This document shows positions 53,501 through 64,000 of a DNA stretch of 64,000 bases, in pieces. A model generated the notes under the pieces. The model saw nothing but the letters and a program-made list of their open reading frames with translations. It did no database searches and was not told where the DNA came from. Numbering within the stretch: position 1 is the stretch's first letter; the number at the start of each line of letters is the position of its first letter. The translations under genes and the position numbers were made by a program. The stretch lies in assembly GCA_030141605.1 (NCBI GenBank), contig JAQGDQ010000526.1, forward strand, positions 89,570 to 153,569, read 5' to 3'. This DNA comes from Tubiluchus corallicola (Eukaryota > Animalia > Priapulida).

Positions 53501-56500
53501 AACTAAGCTTCTCTAGTTATTCACATATATCCCGAATCTCCATTTCATAGAGATCATTTTGATACCAAGCTCATTGCTCTATGTTATTTCTAAGCTGAGA
53601 TAATCCACGTTGAAGTTGAGCCGGCTGAGCATTAAAAAACATAACATTGAGAAAATCGTTGAAAAGTCAGCCATTGCTTTTTGTCACATTTCTACACTTA
53701 GCAATGGCACAAATGTTGGTTGCTATGGACTTTACAAGAGCACATTGAAGTCATACTTAAATCTAGTAGTCTGCTTTTCCTGACAAAAAAATTTGGGCTT
53801 GTCAATAGAAATAACCCGAAGCAAAATGACTGTTTCCACGAGCTACTATCAGAGTTTGAAAAAACAAGTTTTTTGCAATTGCAGTACTGGTTTCTAGCAT
53901 GAGAAATGGGTACAGGGTTATAAAATTAGATCTTTTGAACATTTTCTTGATAATATGATTTAGAATATAAAAGTCCAATATTCAGCACTAATTTTGTTTT
54001 TATAAAAAAGGACGTTTGAACAAATTTTTGATGCATTCTACTTTGACCCACCATAACGTAGTTTTAAGTATGCCGACTTATGGACGGTTTTGGTTTGCAC
54101 GCACAAGTATGTGAAATGTTTCAAGCTTTACACAAAAATAATTGTCTCATGTTTCTACTACTAACACAGCCAGTGATTAGAATATCTATCTTTTTCTCAC
54201 AGGTCTGCCTTTAAGCTACATCTATTTTTGCAGTGCTCATCATCCTCTATCTACGTGTATTATCATCAACTTTCTCTAGAATCAACATGTATCCAATGCT
54301 TTAAGCGTGCCGGGTCTGTCAAGATCGCAGACCCGGAACTTAAAATTATCGACCCTGCACATGTCTCGCCGGGTCGCATACTTAGTCTTCTCACCGTTTA
54401 ATTGTGCATGACAAAGTACAAGTTAGCTAAGACAGGTCCTATATCCGAGATTTCGGGGACAAAAATGCTACAGGTGTCTAACTAACTACTGTTATACTAC
54501 ACATCTTACCTTGGTGGAATGCATTTAGAAAATGGTAAGAACTCCTTCTGTTGGCATTCATCAAATAATTTTTCCAGCGGTGTCTTCTTTAGCTGGCATA
54601 TGCTTAGTTTCTAAACAAAGCAGTTTTACTAATAAAAGACATACATGCAAAAAAATGTCTAGTATTAAAATTTTAGAATAAGATCAGTTAACTCGTATAG
54701 CCTAACTCTATCCATAGCAAAATTGCCACTGAATTCGTACAAATAACAATTAATCACATTGATTAAACCATCAATGAGACAAATCTCAACAACTCCCCAA
54801 AATTTAGTGTCAGGAGATTACAGCAACAATCCGAACAAAATCTAAAGTTACAAGAAATAGTTCTTCTGTTGCAAATTATATTCATTTATATAATTAGTGT
54901 ATAGTATCTGCCACACCTAATAAGAAATATAGGATCAAGCATAACTTAAAAAAAATTTGGCAATCAAATGTATAAAAACTAACTATAATCCCCTTCACAT
55001 GTTGCTTCACATCTCCTTGCCCTATATCCTTTATCAAACTCCAATGTAACTAGAATTCAGTACATTTCGTAAATATTTCGTACCTCAAATGACAGGCACA
55101 CATCGGCGGTGATATCTTTCCGATTTATCTCATAATTTTCAACAGTATCCATAGGTGCAGTTCTTTCGATTATGTTCTTTGCATTAACCATTCGGCCGTG
55201 CAATTTTATCGGATCTGCTGTTTGTTTCAATTCCTGACTTAATTCATCAGCATTAGTCTGATTTTCGGAAGCAACTACATCGCAATTCTTGTAACTGCTA
55301 CTGTGATATTTGGAAAAATGTTCTTCGTTTTCTTCTGCAATGGACGGCATGCGACAATCTTCATCTTCGCTCAAAGCATCAAAGCTAGAAAAAAGATTAC
55401 GAGACATACCAAATGATTTTGATTCAGCTGCTACACTCCGCGTGAAATAACGAGCTTTTTCAGTTGTTAACCCACTTTCGTTTGCCGTGTTAGTGTTCTC
55501 TTTCATTCTAGCATGGTTACTACAACCATATCCTCTTCTCGTACAAACATTCACAGAATCAATCTTTATTGATGAATCAGAGGTTAACACTTTTCCTGCA
55601 TCTTTATCACACCTATCAGGATGCGATAGATGCTGTCTTTGTTCGTGCTGCGCATCATATTTATAAGGTAAATTTGATATGCAACTTAAAACACAGTTCT
55701 GCGAGGTTAGGCTAGGACTATCAACAAATTCTAACACATCGTGTGATCCATCCAAAGGCACAGGACTGAAATCTGTCTCAGGTTGCTTTTCCAACTTCTT
55801 TCTGAATGGTGTACTAGACCAGACAGGAGACATAGAGTGTGTGATGTGCTTTCGGCCAGTTCTGCCAACAAGACCTCGGCACAAAGACCTCTGAAGTAAG
55901 TTGCTCGTTTTCGTGCAGCTAGTAGGGTTTCCATCACAGAGAATTAACTTATCAGCCTCATCAGAAATATTATTGGTTATCTTAGGAACTACGTCTGGAA
56001 AAATTTCAACTGATCCAACACTGGATGCCACATCGGGAAAAGCCACAAAAGGTGCGACATTCGACGAAGTACCATTAGATGCGGCGTCAACTAACTTTGA
56101 AGCATCAGGAGATTTCCATTCATCTGGCACGCCCAGTGTTTTCACAGGAGAGCACGAAACTTTCAGACTGTGTTCTTCAACTTCACTAAAATGAAACTGA
56201 CTCAAAGAAGGATTACGCTGCTCCTCGTTATTGTTTTTCGTTTCCTTCTTTTTCTTTTTTGGTGCACGCTTAGCGTTAGATTTTGCTGGAGGAGGTTTCT
56301 TCTTCTTCGTGTCTTCTGAAGATGCATTTGGATCGTAGTATAAACGATGCGGATCCTAAAAAACATATGCACTGTGTGTAAATCAAGAAAGGTTGACACT
56401 CACCAACTAAATCTATGTACACGTTTTTGCACAAGTACGTCCGACACCAAACAAAAATCAAAGTGAACAACAAGTTTCAACTTAATCAAGCCCAACTTCC

Positions 56501-58443
56501 TAATCATTATTTACATAAGTAGGTACAGTATACACACACACACACACAGACAAACACATCAAAAAATTAAATCAACTATCCATACTTCACAGAATTTTGA
56601 ATCTTATTCAAGCAAGTCTTAAAAATATACGTTTTCTGCGTACATTCAACACCATGATATTTTATAAAATTATTTCACAAATTACAAACACAAAGAGACT
56701 AATATAGCTTGAACTTGTAGAGGGGACTACCTTTTGTGTATAAGACCTACAATTACAAGTTTAGCAATCATTATACACAAAAACAGCCAGCAAAGAATCA
56801 GCATCGGAAATGTATATCCGACACCGTGGAATTGCCCGTATGTATTTCTATAGTATGAACATGCCAAAGCATCAAGAGCAGCACGTGTACGGCGAAAAAG
56901 TGCTGTTCGTGTATGACGTAATTCATTTATGCACAAACTTTTTTAAAAGAAATACAGTTTAATAGGCATAGCGATTGATGTGATTTATTAGCTCAAACTT
57001 CCCAAGTTGAATACAATCACATTAGTAGCAATTCAGTTCAGTTTTCTTTAAAATAGGCCAACAGTCAACAGATAATATTAGGTGAAAATGCCTGTCACGA
57101 CCAATGCCTACATATTCTCACTTTTCAATCTACCTAATATGTGTACATATATCATGTACCAGCCTACCATGTGAGACCTGAAATGTCATTCATTTCGCCC
57201 ATGGTATATTCTTGGCCTTCAGCCACAAAAATTTCAATGTATAAAACAGAAAGGTAGCAAAGCGAGTACGGTAATACAGGAAATTTTTAAAAATATGCCT
57301 ACAAGTTTAAGTACTAGTTTAAAGAAAACTGGACCCAATCTTAAACTGTAGGTCAAAACAATCTACTCGTTAAAATATTCAAAGGAAACATACTATTTTT
57401 CAAAAATGACTTACGTGAAAGAATTATTACCACACAAACTCAAGTTTGCAAAGAAACAGGTACTGTACCTCTCAGATCAGATGTGTTAGTTTGTGAGCAC
57501 AGCGGTAAATCTGATATATGAATTTTTATCTTAAAACTTGCTTAGTTTTAGTGCAGCACACTAAATCTTTTACAGCAGCTCCGCACTTCAATTTTCGCTT
57601 TTGCAAACACGTGCAACACGCTCATGGAATACTTTTCCTGTTGAAACTTGTGTTAGTATGTGAGTTGGGCTCGTCTGCCGTTGTTGAATAAGATTTTAAT
57701 CTATTATTTAATTATCAGAAATGGTTATGCAAGCATTAATTGTATTAAAATGTATACTTTTAAAAGACTTGCAAATAGGGTAGTATATGAAAAAACATCC
57801 TGTCTTCCTTTAGCACTTCAGTTTTCAAAGTCAAATACAAGAAATGCATGCAATAACATTTTATTATTATCAAATTATTATCATTATTTATTACCTAATT
57901 TTTATAAATACACATGTATGCACATGACTGAAGTATTAGCTGAACACTAGTGAATCTTATCAACAATTGCTACATCTCAGAAACAAGGAGAGGGTATTAT
58001 TTACCATTTGTAAAACTAAGCAAACATTTAAAGCTACTATACTACATGTAGCAGTTTGCATGCGTAGACATGACAGCTCTATTTAAGCGCTTTATATGAT
58101 ATAACAGATTCATATGTCACGCTAAAAGCAAAATTATGAAATAAATATATAGCATGCATATGGAAATTTTCACTTCCCAGTTTATATTTAACAGACTTAT
58201 TTTACTTACCGAATTGTTAGTTTTTTTGCTCCCATCTACAGCAAACAAATTACTTGAATGATCAGATTTTTCAGTAATTTTAGAATTACGTTTGCAATCG
58301 GATTGACTGCATGATGATGAAGAGCCAAATATGTCTGTCGATGATGTAACGACATCATCAAACAGTTCCTCATCAGAATTTTTAACAATGACTCGATTTT
58401 TACGTGCAAAGGTTTTGCACACTGGTCGCTGGCGCCGAGGCAT
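47567..58443 (-). CDS. HASPIN: Serine/threonine kinase Haspin (histone H3T3 kinase), ~855 aa, 9 coding exons
   Basis: Phase-compatible exons 58210-58443, 55084-56355, 54510-54610, 53076-53252, 51052-51209, 50362-50435, 49554-49785, 48731-48833, 47567-47783. Haspin signatures: KIGEGVFGEVF, VLKIVPING..INGE.QKT..EI..E, AVAE..YEFEHRDLHWGNVLV, IDFTLSR, LFTG..DYQFEIYRLM, W..Y.P.TNVLWIHY; long disordered N-terminus. Confidence 0.95.
49935..50305 (+). mobile_element. Interspersed repeat (~370 bp); inverted copy at 58733-59108
   Basis: e.g. AATCAAAGCTCAGATTAAATAATGATTACCA vs TGGTAATCATTATTTAATCTGAGCTTTGATT; colinear over the whole length. Confidence 0.85.
51577..52049. mobile_element. Tc1/mariner (Tigger/pogo-like) MITE with TA TSD
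   Basis: TA|CAGTCATACCTC ... GAGGTATGACTG|TA perfect terminal inverted repeats. Confidence 0.88.
52450..53050 (+). mobile_element. Interspersed repeat, uninterrupted copy of 560-1650
   Basis: Colinear similarity; lacks the LINE insert. Confidence 0.8.
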
Positions 58444-58732
58444 TCCACACCCTAAAAATGAAATTAGATTAGAGTTAAAACATGTAAGTCTAACGAACTG
58501 TTACTCCGTTAGAGAAGATGACAGTTGAAAAACATAATGCAGCTGGTGCTGGTGTCTTAAATTAAAACCGGGAATGATTGTTTAGACTCAATCTTATTTT
58601 AATTTATTGTCCAAAATATACGTTTTCTTGACTATAAAAGTTAGTAATTGCTTCTTATATTTTAATAATTAGCTTAGAAAGTTAATTAATGGCAGCCGAA
58701 CACAGCTATTGCTTACGTCAGAAACTAACCAC

Positions 58733-59108
58733 AGTTTGTGCAATAACAGGCATCTTCCCTTGCGCGTCAAGCACGTTTGCGTAAGCATTACTGTTTAAAC
58801 ATGTGATGTCACGAAAATGGGCTCTACATCATATGGTGTCAGAAACTAACACAGCAGTTCATGATCATGATTATCATGGTACCGTCTTCTATTTGTCGGC
58901 CACACTTATGTGATAAAAATGCGCCGTTGCCAATCTTAGTAGATTCACTGAGCCGTGCGTAGCTTTCAAAGTTTAACAAAATTTGAGTATCCATGGTAAT
59001 CATTATTTAATCTGAGCTTTGATTTAAAAAAAGCTATTGTAGTTTTTAATATTTTAGAGAATTCTTTATTCTGATGTAACTTTTACACAATCGTTCGGTT
59101 TTCTTTTA
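58733..59108 (-). mobile_element. Inverted copy of the 49935-50305 repeat
   Basis: Reverse-complement alignment by eye. Confidence 0.85.
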
Positions 59109-60329
59109 AATGAAAGTGTTATCCATTTACAAATACTAGATGTTCGATTGGATAAAAATGTGCATGTAATTGATGAGGTCTTAAAGATCGGATACCGACA
59201 CATGCCGTGTCACACAGACTGCAACTTTTACTAGCCAATATGCTGAATACAAAACAATGGTTTCCAATCTTTCATTAAAAATGACTTTTACCCAAGGGCT
59301 AACATTGACAGTAATCATCGAACATCAAAAAAGTTGTCAGAAATTTAGCTACAGTCTGGTGATTATTACGCACTTTGGATTGTTTGTAGTTGATAACAGT
59401 GACTGTAGTTGCAAAAAAATTTGGTTAAGCACTTGGCGTGATAAGTGTTTATATTGGACGGTGACCAGATGATGAAATTTTTCAGTCTACATGAGTGCAT
59501 CAAAGCTTGAGGTGATTTCAACTTTAAATTGATTTTACTATTTACACGAGCCGCTTATCACAAATTTGCTGCTAAAACTTTCCGAGTTTTTCTCAGTTAT
59601 TAAAATACGATCAACTTCACGAGCTTCGCTTTTTAAGTATACGACCTAAATCAGGCGAAGCAGTAACATTTAAGACTGCCAGCCAGGTAACGCACGTAGA
59701 GCGAATATAAAATTTAATATAATACTTTTTTTATTAATAGCGTTTTAATGCAGTTTGTTCTTATAAATTCTAGAAAAAAGTTATAATTACAGTACACATA
59801 CACACAGATATATATACAAGCACTTTCCAATTATTAATTCTACTAATTCGAAAAAAGAAAGCTTTTCCGACAGTGTATAGTACTAGTAGTTATATTACAG
59901 TCAATAGACTAGTATAAGTTCTAACGCTGTCTAGTGCGCTAATAAAGCAGCTAATTATAGAAGTAATTAATAGATTTTGCTAAAAATACGGGGATTGGTG
60001 ACCACTTCAAGAGGCAGCAGAGCTTACATGGTAAAATTATGAAATCTTTTAAACAGTATTGAAAAACTTGAGTTTAACAAATTTCAAAAAAACCACTTCG
60101 CTCAGGTGCAATGTAGCAATACATTGAATGATTGACGAAACAAATGTAGCAATTCGGTTTAACTCAGTTTATGTTCCATTTGAAATTTTAACGTTACACG
60201 TTACACCTATATAATTATTTTAATTAAGCTATAATAGTCAATTACAAAATAATAAACAATTTAACAGGAGCAAAATAGAAGAAACAAAATTTTTTAGCAG
60301 AACAAGAAGAATGGAATGGAACGGTTCGT

Positions 60330-61462
<1,133 letters not shown>

Positions 61463-61878
61463 GCAGCGCCAATGAAAATTCCCATCAAAAATATAAATGA
61501 TGTCAGGCGAGAAGGTAATAGTGGAGCACCAGCAACAACTAATGACAGAATCAATACCTTAACAATTATAACCAGATTAATGTCGTTTTGTTTACCGCTT
61601 CCATCTTCAAAGTTGCTGTTGTTGCTATTGCCGTTCCATGTGCACTGCTGCACTATAGATGTGGTACAAAAAAATCTCTTTAATGTATTCCTTGTTTACA
61701 AAGTAACAAGAAAAGATTTTTTATTATGATCGACAGCTGACGATACGATATGGTTATAATTGTTAAAGGTATTGATTCTGCATCATTAGTTGTTTGCTGT
61801 AGATGCTCCACTATTTCACTTGCTTCTCACTTTTATTATCACATTTATATTTTTTCGATGCAGGAATTTTTTGTTGTT

Positions 61879-62890
<1,012 letters not shown>

Positions 62891-64000
62891 GTTCCATTCC
62901 ATTCTTCTTGTTCTGCTGAAAAATTTTGTTTCTTCTATTTTGCTCCTGTTAAATTGTTTATTATTTTGTAATTGACTATTATAGCTTAATTAAAATAATT
63001 ATATAGGTGTAACGTGTAACGTTAAAATTTCAAATGGAACATAAACTGAGTTAAACCGAATTGCTACATTTGTTTCGTCAATCATTCAATGTATTGCTAC
63101 ATTGCACCTGAGCGAAGTGGTTTTTTTGAAATTTGTTAAACTCAAGTTTTTCAATACTGTTTAAAAGATTTCATAATTTTACCATGTAAGCTCTGCTGCC
63201 TCTTGAAGTGGTCACCAATCCCCGTATTTTTAGCAAAATCTATTAATTACTTCTATAATTAGCTGCTTTATTAGCGCACTAGACAGCGTTAGAACTTATA
63301 TCACTTTATTAGTCGTAATATAATTAATAACATACACTGTCGAAAGCTTTCGAATTAGTAGAATTAATTGGAAAATGCTTGTATTTACATATAATATATA
63401 TATCTGTGTGTATGTGTACTGTAATAATTTATATTTATAATACTACTTTTCTAGAATTTATAAGAACAAACTGCATTAAAACGCTATTAAATAAAAAGTA
63501 TTATATTAAATTTTATATTCGCTCTACGTGCGTTGCCTGGCTGGCAGTCTTCAATGTTACTGTCGTTTGTAAGCTTCGCCTGATTTAGGTCGTACCTGAT
63601 TTAGGCTGACTTAAAAAGCGAAGTCTCGTGAAGTTGAGCGTATTTTAATAACTGAGAAAAACTCGGAAAGTTTTAGCAGCAAATTTGTGATAAGCACCTC
63701 ATGTAAATAGTAAAATCAATTTAAAGTTGAAATCACCTCAAGCTTTGATGCACTCGTGTAGACTGAAAAATTTCATCATCCGGTCACCGTCCAATATAAA
63801 CACTTATCACGCCAGGTGCTTAACCAAATTTTTTTGCAACTACAGTCACTGTTACCAACTACAAACAATCCAAAGTGCGTAATAATCACCAGACTGTAGC
63901 TAAATTTCTGACAACTTTTTTTGATGTTCGATGATTACTGTCAATGTTAGCCCTTTGGTAAAAGTCATTTTTAATGAAGATTGGAAACCATTGTTTTGTA

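Noticed and set aside
57469-57637. Possible extra Haspin exon with good AG/GT sites
   Set aside because: 169 nt with stops in all three frames; the neighbouring exons already join in phase 0.

Overview
AT-rich, intron-rich animal (probably invertebrate) genomic DNA, with no prokaryotic features and no CRISPR array. Main content: (1) exons of an unidentified plus-strand gene at ~0.4-4.7 kb; (2) a ~18-20 kb tandem direct duplication carrying two 11-exon DEG/ENaC/ASIC-family channel genes on the minus strand. Copy B (26652-42507) reconstructs as an intact ~505-aa protein. Copy A (7047-21801) is intact except for a 13-nt frameshifting deletion at the start of its last exon, which encodes the TM2 pore helix; (3) a 9-exon Haspin kinase gene (47567-58443, minus strand); (4) a giant palindrome of at least 4.7 kb centred near 61.7 kb and running off the window, with (CAG/TAG)n facing (CTA/CTG)n tracts, which is either a foldback structure or a long-read fold-back artefact; (5) many transposon remnants (RTE-like and L2-like LINEs, pogo-like and Sola2-like transposases, MITEs, a foldback-type element), a 20 x 39-bp minisatellite and microsatellites. 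All exon models were read by eye from splice signals, reading phase and family motifs. No database search was run.
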